DNA of 45,825 nt from Octopus sinensis (Eukaryota): the NCBI RefSeq assembly GCF_006345805.1, contig NW_021834934.1, forward strand, positions 1 to 45,825. The letters are read 5' to 3'. The translations under genes were made by a program, and so were the position numbers. Below are positions 10,626 through 22,372 of the stretch, one piece after another (position 1 is the stretch's first letter; every line of letters begins with the position of its first letter). The notes below the pieces were generated by a model. The model was given only the letters and a program-made list of their open reading frames with translations, did not search any database and was not told the DNA's origin.

Positions 10626-11032
10626 AGGCGCAGGAGTGGCTGTGTGGTAAGTAGCTTGCTTACCAATCACATGGTTCCGGGTTCAATCTCACTGCGTGGC
10701 ATCTTGGGCAAGTGTCTTCTACTACAGCCTCGGGCCGACCCAAGCCTTGTGAGTGGATTTGGTAGATGGAAACTGAAAGAAGCCTGTCGTATATATGTAT
10801 ATATATGTATATATGTGTGTATGTTTGTGTGTCTGTGTTTGTCCCCCTAGCATTGCTTGACAACCAATGCTGGTGTATTTACGTCCCCGTCACTTAGCGG
10901 TTCGGCAAAAGAGACTGGTAGACTAAGTACTGGGTTTACAAAGAATAAGTCCTGGGGTCGAATTGCTCGACTAAAAGGCGGTGCTCCAGCATGGCCGCAG
11001 TCAAATGACTGAAACAAGTAACAGAGTAAACA
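10626..11032 (+). mobile_element. SINE-A, full length
   Basis: Family match. Confidence 0.9.
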
Positions 11033-11277
11033 AGTATTACATTTAATCAGGTGATATGAATGTCAAAATGTTAATCCACTCCTTGGTCCCTAAAACTCAT
11101 TTCTATCAACCGAGTCTCGACGAGAATAGCTGAACCCAATACTAAACGCTAATGAAACAGTCATCAGGTTTACAGTGCTCCCTCTGCTTACTTATCAACT
11201 CCTCTGGTGAGTATTTACAGATTGATGGACAGGGGATTACAGAGGGATTTGCATGTCTTGGCTTCAGACATGATATG

Positions 11278-11724
11278 TGTTTCTTTACTACCCACAAGGG
11301 GCTAAACATAGAGGGGACAAACAAGGACAGACAAACGAATTAAGTCGATTACATCTTATCTGCAACGATTTCATCTCATCTCAATCAAAGGAGAGGAGCT
11401 TTCTCCGTCCGGGTTGCGGATCCGTGGAACAAGCTGCCAGACGAGATGGTGAAGATGCTGACGACCGCTTTGTTCAAAGCCTCCCTTGACCTCTTTACAT
11501 GAACACCACCCTGTACTTAACTCCATGTCCCCCTACATGGCCTTGCTATTTGCTTTTGAGCCAAATTAACTAACTAACTAACTAACATCGACCCCAGTGC
11601 GTAAGTGGTACTTAATTTATCGACCCCGAAAGGATGAAAGGCAAAGTCGACCTCAACGGAATTTGAACTCAGAACGTAACGGTTACGCATTTTGCCCAGC
11701 GTGCTAACGATTCTGCCAGCTCGT
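11278..11724 (-). mobile_element. SINE-B interrupted by a CR1 fragment
   Basis: 16-bp TSD CTTCAGACATGATATG at 11262-11277 and 11725-11740. Confidence 0.85.
11356..11584 (+). mobile_element. CR1-type LINE 3' end
   Basis: Translates FSVRVADPWNKLPDEMVKMLTTALFKASLD, like the CR1 ORF2 C-terminus. (TAAC)n tail; ACATC duplicated at both junctions. Confidence 0.8.
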
Positions 11725-12586
11725 CTTCAGACATGATATGGTGAGGATGACAAGACTGGAAAACCACTGAACGGCCAGTTCATGGTTGCATGGCCTATTC
11801 ACTCAGCCATTCCAAAGTGTCTTTTAATTGAACCAAAAAAAAAAAAAAAAAAAAAGCAAAGAAACAAAGAAATAAAACCAAAGAAAACAACAAACAAAGC
11901 TAGAAAGAAAAACAAATAAAGACAGAATGAAAAAGGGAGCTTGTCTCTTGGCACCTTTAGCCATTGAAAGTACAGGAAGAGGAAGTGGTGGTCATGCATG
12001 GCCGGGTTTCGGTTTTAAGTTTACAAATAAATATGTTGCTTACTTCCATTGTTTCCTGAAACTGTAGGTGTCTCCACCAGTATGATGATTACAGAACCAA
12101 TTAGTACCAAATTGTAATTAATGCTTACCTGAAATAAATAAAAAGAAAAAACATTAATGGGACGATTTTCAGGTGGAGCAGGGGGGGGGGTGGGGGGGTG
12201 GGGGGGGGCAGGTATTGATGAGGAATGGGAAAACAAGACTTGGAAATTGATATTGATTTCAAAAGGAAATGAAATGAAAGGTAAAAATTTATCTGGATGA
12301 GAAAAGAAGTTGGGACTGAGAGGGATGAAACTAAATACCAAAAGGGACTTAGTTCAGCACTGAAGTGGGTGCCACGTAAAGAGTGCCAGTGACACGGAAA
12401 GAGCACCGGCAAGGAACATAAGATACACACACACACACACACTGCTACCTTCAATTTTTCATTAGTGTGTATATATATATTATATATATATATATATATC
12501 CTTAAATCCTTAAAAATATTTTAGCCCAAAGGCCGCAGCCATGCTGGGGCACCACCATATATATATATGTATATATATAAATATAT

Positions 12587-12978
12587 AGGCGCAGGAGTGG
12601 CTGTGTGGTAAGTAGCTTGCTTACCAACCACATGGTTCCGGGTTCAGTCCCACTGCGTGGCACCTTGGGCAAGTGTCTTCTACTATAGCCTCGAGCCAAC
12701 CAAAGCCTTGTGAGTGGATTTGGTAGACGGAAACTGAAAGAAGCCCGTCGTATATATGTATGTATATATATATATGTGTGTATGTGTATGTTTGTCCTCC
12801 TAGCATTGCTTGACAACTGATGCTGGTGTGTTTATGTCCCCGTTACTTAGTGGTTCGGCAAAAGAGACCGATAGAATAAGTACTGGGCTTACAAAAGAAT
12901 AAGTCCCGGGGTCGATTTGCTCCAAGCTCCAGCATGGCCGCAGTCAAATGACTGAAACAAGTAAAAGAGTAAAAGAGT
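12587..12978 (+). mobile_element. SINE-A, full length with a small 3' deletion
   Basis: Family match. Confidence 0.9.
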
Positions 12979-13647
12979 AGATATATATATATATATACAC
13001 ACACGCACATACACACACACACACATACACAAATGGCACCATGTAGAGGGCACTGGTGCTGGTGCCACATGGAGAGCACGGGCACTGGCATAGCATGTCT
13101 ATGCACACTGCTATTTTCAATTTTACTTTAGAATATATAAATATATATATATGAAGAGCTTACTTTCAAAGCCAGACCTATGCATCAGAATGACTTTTGG
13201 AGTAAATGCTTAAAACAACATCTAGAATATATCTGATTCTGATTAGAAGACTAAGATTTGCCTACTCTCTATGGCATCTATACCAGTTCGACTCAAGAAG
13301 AATTTCACATACGTGAAGCCAGCAGCTTGCAGATTGTGTTTTAATGGATATCATGAAATCGACCAAATATGCACTTATACCAGTTTTGAAAGTAACATAT
13401 ATATAAATATATATATATATATATTTATATAAATAAGGATAAGATCCTTAATTTAAAATATTGATCTTATCAAGTGGCCAGAATGGGAATAAAAACCTTC
13501 AAAGGTAATAATTATTATTAAAATTATAATTTAGGGTATCTAAGAGATATATATATAAAGGGAAATTTTATAATTTAGGGTATCTAATAGATATATACAG
13601 ATATATAATACAGATATATAATAGATATATATATATAAAGGGAAAGT

Positions 13648-13835
13648 TTATGAAAATAAACAAAAGACGAAGGCAGGTGGTGTACAAACAAACAGATGTA
13701 TTAGTATAGCGCTCAGGAATAGAAAAAGTCTCTTACATTTCGAGCCTACGCTCTTCAACAGAAAGGTACACAGAAAAAAACAAGGAGAGAAACAAGGAAA
13801 AAAAAAATGTGTAGTAGGTAACGATCTATCATGGT
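13648..13835 (-). mobile_element. Penelope-like element fragment (copy 1)
   Basis: About 180 bp shared with 40250-40442. Contains CTGTTGAAGAGCGTAGGCTCGAAATGTA on the minus strand, resembling PLE-associated minimal hammerheads. Confidence 0.55.
13730..13765 (-). ncRNA. Minimal type-I hammerhead-ribozyme-like motif with variant core
   Basis: Stem I CTTT/AGAG, core CTGTTGA plus an extra A, stem II GAGC-GTAG-GCTC, GAAA, then TGT-A. Confidence 0.45.
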
Positions 13836-13934
13836 GTCTGATATATATATATACATACATACACACACACACACACCTTATTCACTTTTTACACAGTCTC
13901 ACACACATATATATATGCATACATATGGTTCCAC

Positions 13935-14118
13935 ACAAAAAGCACTGGTGACGGTGTCACAGACAAACCACACCCAGTACACACAGTAAAGCAGTTGGCG
14001 CTAGGAAGGGCCTCCGGCTCCAGAAACCAAACCGAAACAGAGAACTGGGACCTGGTATGGCTCTTGCCAAGCCATCCAACCCATGCCAGCATAAAAAACT
14101 GATTCTGATGATGATGTC
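13935..14118 (+). mobile_element. SINE-C, old copy
   Basis: TTGGCGCTAGGAAGGGC...CCATCCAACCCATGCCAGCAT...(GAT)n. Confidence 0.65.
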
Positions 14119-14369
14119 TACCATTTTCCTCTTTTCTGACTCCTCGACCACAAAAATAATGGAGAACCTACTTTACAGAGTGTAATACCTATTGATTTGC
14201 AATGTGTGTGTGTGTGTGTGTGGTGTGTGTGTAATGACCATTCTTCTTAGTATCGTTGGCAGCAGCAGCTAATAACCAATTATATACTATTAGTTTGGTG
14301 GAATAGGTCTTTGGTGAAACTAGATTCTTGAGAGGGGAGTGGTTTGGGGGTGTGGAAGTTTATTTCAGT

Positions 14370-14370
14370 T

Positions 14371-14402
<32 letters not shown>

Positions 14403-14795
14403 TTTAAAATACAGACATTCACATACACTTAGGTATTTACACATACACACATGTGCAAGCACACACACACACATGCAAGTGCACACACATACACACACAA
14501 GCACACAGATATGCAAGCACAAATGCATGTACACACACACACACGCAAGCAAAAACACACACACACATACATAAACCTTTTAAAATACAGATATTCATAC
14601 ACACACAAACACACATGCACAAGCAGACACATGCAAACACACACACACACACAAGCAAGTACACACACACACACACACACACGTGTTCCTACTAAATTAA
14701 TACACATCCATCACTGTGTACTTAAGTAATACATCACAAAAAGGAGATTATTTTGACAGGAGAGAGAGAGAGAAAGAAAGAGAGAGAGAGAGAAC

Positions 14796-14835
<40 letters not shown>

Positions 14836-14858
14836 ACGAGAGAGAGAGAGAGAGAGAA

Positions 14859-14906
<48 letters not shown>

Positions 14907-14910
14907 GTAA
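14370..14910. repeat. (CA)n-rich tract with an internal duplication of about 178 bp, followed by (GA)n
   Basis: TTTTAAAATACAGA at about 14402 and 14578; (GA)n at 14760-14905. Confidence 0.85.
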
Positions 14911-15331
14911 AAGAAAGGAGAGAAAGGATGTAAAAGTGAACATTTACAATTGATTACATTTCCTAATTAGCCTTAATTGGAATGGGGGAGAATAGATAAT
15001 TAGCTCTGATTGGGGGTTGGGGGAAATAATTAGTCCTAAATAGGGATAAAGAGACTACTTAGGTGAGAAGAGAAAGGAGGAGAAAGGAAAGACCTTTTTT
15101 TTTTAGATTTTAATTTTTAAAGTTAATAACAAAAGAGGAAAGACTATTAAATGCATTGCACCCCCCTCTCTCTCTCTCATAGGTGTGTGTGTTGTGTATA
15201 CTCACACACCTACATCACCATTTCACATTCATTTTGGCATGGAACATAAGATATATATATATATATACACACACTGCTATTTTCAATTTTTCTTTACAAT
15301 GTGTTTGTGTGTGTGTATGTATATATATATA

Positions 15332-15738
15332 CTCTTTTACTTGTTTCAGTCGTTTGACTGCGGCCATGCTGGAGCACCGCCTTTAGTCGAGCAAATCGAC
15401 CCCCAAGACTTATTCTTTTGTAAGCCCAGTACTTATTCTATCGGTCTCTTTTGCCGAACTGCTAAGTGACGGGGACATAAACACACCAGCATCGGTTGTC
15501 AAGCAATGCTAGGGGGACAAACACAGACACACAAACATATACACACACATATATATATATATATACATATATACAACGGGCTTTTTTCAGTTTCTGTCTA
15601 CCAAATCCACTCACAAGGCTTTGGTCGGCCTGGGGCTATAGCAGAAGACACTTGCCCAAGGTGCCATGCAGTGGGACTGAACCCGGAACCATGTGGTTGG
15701 TAAACAAACTACTTACCACACAGCCACTCCTGCGCCTA
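15332..15738 (-). mobile_element. SINE-A, full length
   Basis: Family match. Confidence 0.9.
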
Positions 15739-16339
15739 TGATTTTGATTTTGATTTTTCCAGTTTCAACTAATGAGCTGTGGCCATGCTGGGGCACCGCC
15801 ATTTATATATATATATATATATATATTACCCAGACATACATACATGCACACACATATATACGCACAACATATTACCTGTACATACATACATACATACATA
15901 CATGTATATATACACACACACACACACACACACATACAAACTGTTCTTTTCAATCTCATCAATCTTATTTTACAGCAAAATCATGTGTGTGTGTATATGT
16001 ATGCATGTATGTATGTATTTATGTAGTGTGTGCATGTGTGAGCACGGATTTCTTTTGAGTTTTTTCTATAGTATATATATATATATATACACTATATGAA
16101 GTGTATATATATTTATATATATACACACACACACAGTTATTTTTCAATCTTATCAATATTCCTCTTACTTTCACTCTTATATGAAAGATAATAAAAATGC
16201 AAGTTCCTCCCCCCCCCCCAGCGACCCTATTTAAAGAGATAAGTGGCTCAAATGTGTGTGTGGGAAGGGAGAGGAGGGGGGAGATGCAGGGAAGCTTTCA
16301 GGAGAAAGCCTCAGGGATGAAAAGGCATTGAAAGGTAGA

Positions 16340-17480
16340 AGTAGAAGTGCAGTGTGTGTTGTGTGGGTGTGCATGAGTGTGTGTGTGTGTGCATGAGGTG
16401 TGTTGTGGTGTGCATGAGTGTGTTGGTGTGTGCTGAGTGGTGTGTGTGTGTGTGTGCATGAGTTGTGTATGTGTGTTGCATGAGTGTGTGTGTGTGTGTG
16501 TGCATGAGTGTGTGTGTGGTGTGCATGAGTGTGTGTGTGTGTGCATGAGTGTGTGTGTGTGCATGAGTGTGTGTGTGGGTGGCATGAGTGTGGTGTGTGT
16601 GCATGGTGTGTGTGTGGTGCATGAGTGTGTGTGTGTGCATGAGTGTGTGTGTGTGTGTGTGTGCATGAGTGTGTGTGTGTGTGTGTGTGTGTGGCATGAG
16701 TGTGTGTGTGTGTGTGTGCATGAGTGTGTGTGTGTGTGTGTGTGCATGAGTGTGGTGTGTGTTGCATGAGTGTGTGTGGTGTGTGTGTGTGCAGGTGTGT
16801 GTGTGTGTGTGTGTGCACGAGGTGTGTGTGTGTGCATGGTGTGGTGTGTTGTGTGTGCATGAGGGTGTGTGTGTGTGTGTGCATGAGTGTGTGTGTGTGC
16901 ATGAGTGTGTGTGTGTGTGTGTGTGCATGAGTGTTGTGTGTGTGTGTGCATGAGTGTGTGTTTGGTGTGTGTGTGTGCATGAGTGTATGTGTGTTGCATG
17001 AGTGTGTGTGTGTGTGTGTGCATGAGTGTGTGTTGTGTGGGTGTGCATGAGTGTGTGTGTGTGTGTGTGCATGAGTGTGTGTGTGTATGTGTGTGCATGA
17101 GTGTGTGTGTGTGTGTGTGCATGAGTGTGTGTGTGTGCATGAGTGTGTGTGTGTGTGCATGAGTGTGTGTGTGCGTAAGTGTGTGTGTGCATGAGTGTGT
17201 GTGTGTGTAGTGTGTGTGTGTGTCTGTGCAAGCATATGCATGTGTGTGTATGAGTGTGTGTGTGTGTGAGCGTGCGTGTGAGTGAGTATGTGTGTGTGTG
17301 TGTGTGTGTGTACAGTTGTTTATGCATGAGTGTGTGCATGCATGTGCATAGCTACATAAGAGTATGTGTGTGCATAAGAGTGCATGCATATGTTGTGTGT
17401 GTGTGTGTGTATGTGTGTGCATGTATTCGTGAGTGTTTGTGTGTGTGTGTGTGTAAATATGCATGTGTATAAGAGTATGT
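16340..17480. repeat. Compound micro/minisatellite [(GT)n-GCATGA]
   Basis: About 30 GCATGA interruptions (hand count) within (GT)n. It explains the 336-388 aa His/Thr ORFs. Confidence 0.95.
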
Positions 17481-17985
17481 GTGTACGTAAGATTGGGTTC
17501 CTTTAAGATCTTTCTAGAAGCCCAAACCCCGGGGGGTTAGGGTTAGGGGTCTTTTTCCATTATTTATTTCTCCAGATAAAAGACTTTAAATTCACTTTTC
17601 ACTGTGGCAGTGGAGGAGGAGGAGGAAGAGGGGGAGGAGGAGGGGGCATTGGTCCTGATGCTAGTGACGGTGGTGGTGACGGTGATGGTGATGGTGGTGG
17701 TGGTGATAGTTAAATTTTGTAATTTATGGCTGTGAATTTATGGAAGTGAACCGGTTCACTTGGCAACCTCGTGTTGTTAAGTTTAGTCCCAGTGCATAAC
17801 ACTTCGGGGCAGCTGTCTTCCAGCTCTAGGTCAAGGATTAAGGGCCTTGTGAATAAAATTTGGTAGAGGGGAAACTCAAAGAAGCCTGTCACACGCATGT
17901 GTGCACGTCTGTGCATGTCTGTGCATTCACTCATGTATGCGGTGTGTGTGTCCGTCCATTGGTTTATAGGAATAAAATATGAGAT

Positions 17986-18398
17986 TGCGCAGGAGTGGCT
18001 GTGTGGTAAGTAGCTTGCTAACCAACCACATGGTTCCGGGTTCAGTCCCACTGCGTGGCATCTTGGGCAAGTGTCTTCTGCTATAGCCTCGGGCCGACCA
18101 ATGCCTTGTGAGTGGATTTGGTAGACGGAAACTGAAAGAAGCCTGTCGTATATATGTATATATATATATAGGTATGTGTGTGTGTGTGTTTGTGTGTCTG
18201 TGTTTGTCCCCCCAACATTGCTTGACAACTGATGCTGGTGTGTTTATGTCCCCGTTACTTAGCGGTTCGGCAAAAGTGACCGATAGAATAAGTACTGGGC
18301 TTACAAAAGAATAAGTCCCGGGGTCGAGTTGCTCGATTAAAGGCGGTGCTCCAGCATGGCCGCAGTCAAATGACTGAAACAACTAAAAGAGTAAAGAG
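17986..18398 (+). mobile_element. SINE-A, full length
   Basis: Family match. Confidence 0.9.
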
Positions 18399-18619
18399 AT
18401 TGGATTTGGATTATGTTTGAAAGGAGGGAAGAGATCAACTGGATATCTGGATATCATCATCATTTTTGATGTATGGATATTATCATCATTTGATATCTGT
18501 GTTCCATGTTGGCAAGGGTAGGACATCATGGAATGGTAAGGAAAATTTTAGTGTTAAAAGATACAAGACCTCACTACACTTACATACACACACACCACAC
18601 ACACACACAGAGGCACTCC

Positions 18620-19205
18620 ATCGATTACAAGTGTTCTAGTTGATCCGATCAGCGGAACAGCCTGCTTGTGAAATTAACTTGCAGGTGGCTGAGTACTCTA
18701 CAGACATCCACACTCTTAACGTAGTTCCCAGGGGGGTTCAGTGTGACACAGAATGTGACAAGGCTGGTCCCCTTTGAATTACAAGTATGACTCGTTTTTG
18801 CCAGCCGAGTGGACTGGAGCAATAAGGTGAAATAAAGTGTCTTGCTCAAGGACACAACCCACTGCCGGGAGCTGAACTCATGGCCTTGACCACTAAGCCA
18901 GGTGCCTTTGGTAACTCCATCAGTTATATGATCAATGGAAGAGCCTGCTTGTGAAATGAATTTGCAAGTGGCTGAGTACTCCACAGACATGCATAGTTCT
19001 CAGGGAGATTCAGCATGACACTGAAAGTGACAAGGCTGGCCCCTTTGGAATTACCTGTACAACTCATTTTTGCCAGCTGAGTGGACTGGAGCAATAAAGT
19101 GAAAAAAAGAGTCTTGCTCAAGGACATGACATGCTGCTGGGGATTGAACCCATGACCTTACAATCAACAGTCGAATACCCTAACCACTAAGCCATGTGTC
19201 TTTAC
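18620..19205 (-). mobile_element. Two tandem decayed SINE-D copies
   Basis: GCCTGCTTGTGAAAT...GTGGCTGAGTACTC...GACAAGGCTGG...CTTGCTCAAGGACA seen twice, each ending in a minus-strand tRNA-like head. Confidence 0.75.
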
Positions 19206-19264
19206 CGCACAGGCACACTGTACCTGACTGAAATGTATCATACAGCTGTGAGAAATCTTTAGTC

Positions 19265-19550
19265 TTGGGCAAGTGTCTTCTGCTATAGCCCCAGGCCGAC
19301 CAATGCCCTGTGAGTGGATTTGGTAGACGGAAACTGAAAGAAGCCCGTCGTGTATATGTATATATGCGTGTGTGTGTTTGTGTGTCTGTGTTTGTCCCCC
19401 TAGCATTGCTTGACAACCGATGCTGATGTGTTTATGTCCCTGTTACTTAGTGGTTCGGCAAAAGAGACCAATAGAATAAGTACTGGGCTTACAAAAGAAT
19501 AAGTCCCGGGGTCGAGTTGCTCGATTAAAGGCGGGGCTCCAGCATGGCCG
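19265..19550 (+). mobile_element. SINE-A, 5'-truncated
   Basis: Begins at TTGGGCAAGTGTC. Confidence 0.85.
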
Positions 19551-19693
19551 TTAGGTTACAAGGAAACCCTACTGGCATGTGTGCATGTGTGTGTGTGTAT
19601 GTGTGTGTTATTTGTTTCAGTCATTGGGCTGTGGAAATGCTGGGGCACTGCCTTGAGGAGTTTAGTCAAAGAAATCGACCACAAAACCTTTTG

Positions 19694-20051
19694 TTTTTAC
19701 CTCTGCCTTAACGAAAGCAGAAGTATTGTTTTTAGTTGCGTTTGTTTGTTTGTCCATTGACAAGATATCTCCAGAACTGCTGGATGGATTCAGATGAAAC
19801 TTTCAGGCATGTTTAGCCTCATGACACGAACTGATTAGATTTTGGGATCGATCCGGTACCAGTCAAGGATTCTGGATTATTTTTCCGTTTTTTTGTTTGA
19901 GAGCGGTCGGGTTCATTTTTAGTATTCTCGTTTGTGAGAGGAGTCAAGTTTATTCCAGATATTCTCATTTTAAAAATCATCTCTGGCTAATCGTTGATAG
20001 AACATTGGTGTTGCCTTGGCAGAGGTTTGCACTCTTTGAGTGCCCTTGTTT
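19694..20051 (+). mobile_element. Non-autonomous Helentron/Helitron2-type element (HINE-like), nested in an old SINE-A
   Basis: Subterminal inverted repeat ACCTCTGCC (19699-19707) / GGCAGAGGT (20018-20026), internal (GTTT)n, 3' hairpin GCACTC-TTT-GAGTGC (20029-20043), T-rich ends. Confidence 0.7.
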
Positions 20052-21121
20052 AGTATTTATTCTATTTTTGGTACTTATTTTATCAGTTTCTTTTTGCCAA
20101 ACAGCTAAGTTATGGATGTGAAGTAGTGGTGAGGAACAAACACACGCAAGAGGTTTCTTTCAGTTTCTATTTATCAGATCCATTCACAAGGTTTTGATCA
20201 ACTCAAGGCTTATAGTAGAAGACGCTTGCTCGAGGTATCATGCAGTGGGACAGAACCCAGAACCATGTGCTTGGGAAGCAAACTTCTTACCACACAGCCA
20301 CATTTGGGTCTATGAAAATATGGAATGCTTCATGAAACTGCATGTCATCCTTGCATAGGAGCCATGTTAATCTCTTTGGTATTATTCCGAATTTAGTTAA
20401 AGGTACTGCCAAAGAAAGTACATACGGTATTTACACACATACACGTGCATGCACACATACACATCCAGGGGCAAGACACTTGTCTCGTGTCGGCTCACTC
20501 CACCTGGGTGTAATTAGACAGTTTGGCAAATGCAGGGAAAAGCCAAAACAACAACGACAATAACAACAATAGCAACAGCAGCCATAATTAGGAGAGAGGG
20601 TGGAGTACTTTCCCCCGAAATCTGCACAGTGCCAATTAATTAGACAGTTCAGATAATGGCTATGAGAGAGATTTTAACAGAACAAAGACTAAGCATTAAG
20701 ATATATCTCAACGTATGATCTATCTTATCTGATGGATGTTAGTTGAGGAGTGATGAGGTGGAGGAGAAGAGATATATAAATACAATAGAAAAAAAAAACA
20801 TTGCCCAGGCATGGCTGTATGATAAGCTTACTTCTCAACCACATGGTTCCAGGTTCAGACCCAAAATATCTTCTATAGCCACGGGCCAACCAAAGCTTTG
20901 TGAGTGGATCTGGTAGATGGAAACTAAAAGAAGCCCAACATATATGTAGATGATACAAAAAAGGGACAACAAAACCTCCAGATAGATGATACAAAAAAAG
21001 GGACAAGAAAAAACAAGGATGGGTCATTCGGAGTTTTCTTTCCTCAGTCGAGTTCCAGATTATCTTTGCAATTTCAGCTGGTTATACTTGAGATTGCTCC
21101 AATCTGGCCAGCCCCAATATA

Positions 21122-22337
21122 TCAGGTCATCCCATAAGTTCTGTCTGATTTCACCTTTTTTAAAATTTAATCAAATTTAATAGTATTTTAGAATGTCTAA
21201 TGGAATTAAAAATTATTTTATGCATTTCTTTGATTAAAACCCTTTCTAACATGGAAGTATCCAAAGGGCATTTGAAGCACATAATGTTTTATGAGTACAA
21301 AAAAGGAAACTCTGCAGCCGAAGCGACTCAAAACATACACTCAACTTATGTGAAAGAATGCTTGAATGAAAGAACTTGCAGAAGATGGTTTGCAAAATTC
21401 AGAATTGGAGATTTCAGCCTTGAAGATGAAGATCGAACAGGACGTCCAGTTGAGTTTGATGATAAGCTCCTTGAGGCATTACTTGAAGAAAATCCTGCAT
21501 TATCAGTTGAAGAATTGGCAATAAAGCTTAGTTCAAACCACACAACTGTTCATCATCATCTTCAACAACTTGGAAAGGTTCCTAAACTTGGAATTGTCCA
21601 AAAGCAGCTGCAAATCCCGAGTTGACATCTGCTCTTCTCTCCTTTCTCGCAAACTCATTTCACCCTTTTTAGATAGACTTGTGACTGGTCACGAAAAATG
21701 GATCTTCTATCGAAATGTTAAACGTTGTAAAGAGTGGCTTGGTAAAAGGTAAAAGACTCAACCACAACCGAGAAGGGAATTTCATGGGAAAAAGGTTCTT
21801 CTCTCTATCTGGTGGGATTGCAAAGGAGTAATTCACTTTGAATCGTTACCACCTAATGCAACAATCAATGCTCAAGTCTACTGTCAGCAATTAGAGCATT
21901 TGAACCAAGCTTTGAAGAAAAAAAGACCCTCTTTAGTGAATCAAAAAGGAGTGATGTTTCATCAGGACAATGCGTGACCCCACACTGCAAAGATCACATC
22001 ACAGAAGATCGAAGAGCTTGGTTGGGAAAAAATTCCTCATCCACCTTCTCCTCCCGACCTTGCTCCTTCAGACTACCATTCATTTCGTAGTTTACAGAAT
22101 CATTTGGGGGACATAACTTTCGCAAGCCAGGAGGAGGTCGAAACTGACATTTCAGAGTTCTTCGCTTTGAAACCAAAAGAGTTTTACATTGATGGGATTA
22201 AAAAGCTTGTAAATAGATGGAAGGAAGTCATAGATAATCAGGGAAAGTGCATTGATGATTAAATACCAATTAAATATAACATTTGATCACTTGTTTTCTT
22301 TATTCAAAATTAGGACAGAACTTATGGGATGACCTGA
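21122..22337 (+). mobile_element. Full-length mariner DNA transposon (1216 bp)
   Basis: Perfect 24-bp TIRs TCAGGTCATCCCATAAGTTCTGTC (21122-21145 and 22314-22337); TA TSD on both sides. Confidence 0.95.
21251..22262 (+). pseudogene. Mariner D,D34D transposase pseudogene
   Basis: HTH region (RTCRRWFAKFR, RTGRP), TGHEKW (first D changed to H), HQDNA*PH and PDLAPSDY with 34-residue spacing. Frameshift at about 21591; stops at 21750 and 21975. Confidence 0.92.
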
Positions 22338-22372
22338 TATATAAAACAGACATTTACAAGTATGGCCTAAAT

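Noticed and set aside
15496-15741. Recurrent ORFs such as MSSNARGTNTD... and MLGGQTQTH...
   Set aside because: They recur only because they are reading frames through SINE-A copies, and are broken variably between copies.
16231-17464. 336-388 aa His/Thr-rich ORFs
   Set aside because: They are translations of the (GT)n-GCATGA satellite, which lacks stops by composition.
17530-17550. TTAGGG repeats
   Set aside because: Only two units, too short to call an interstitial telomere.
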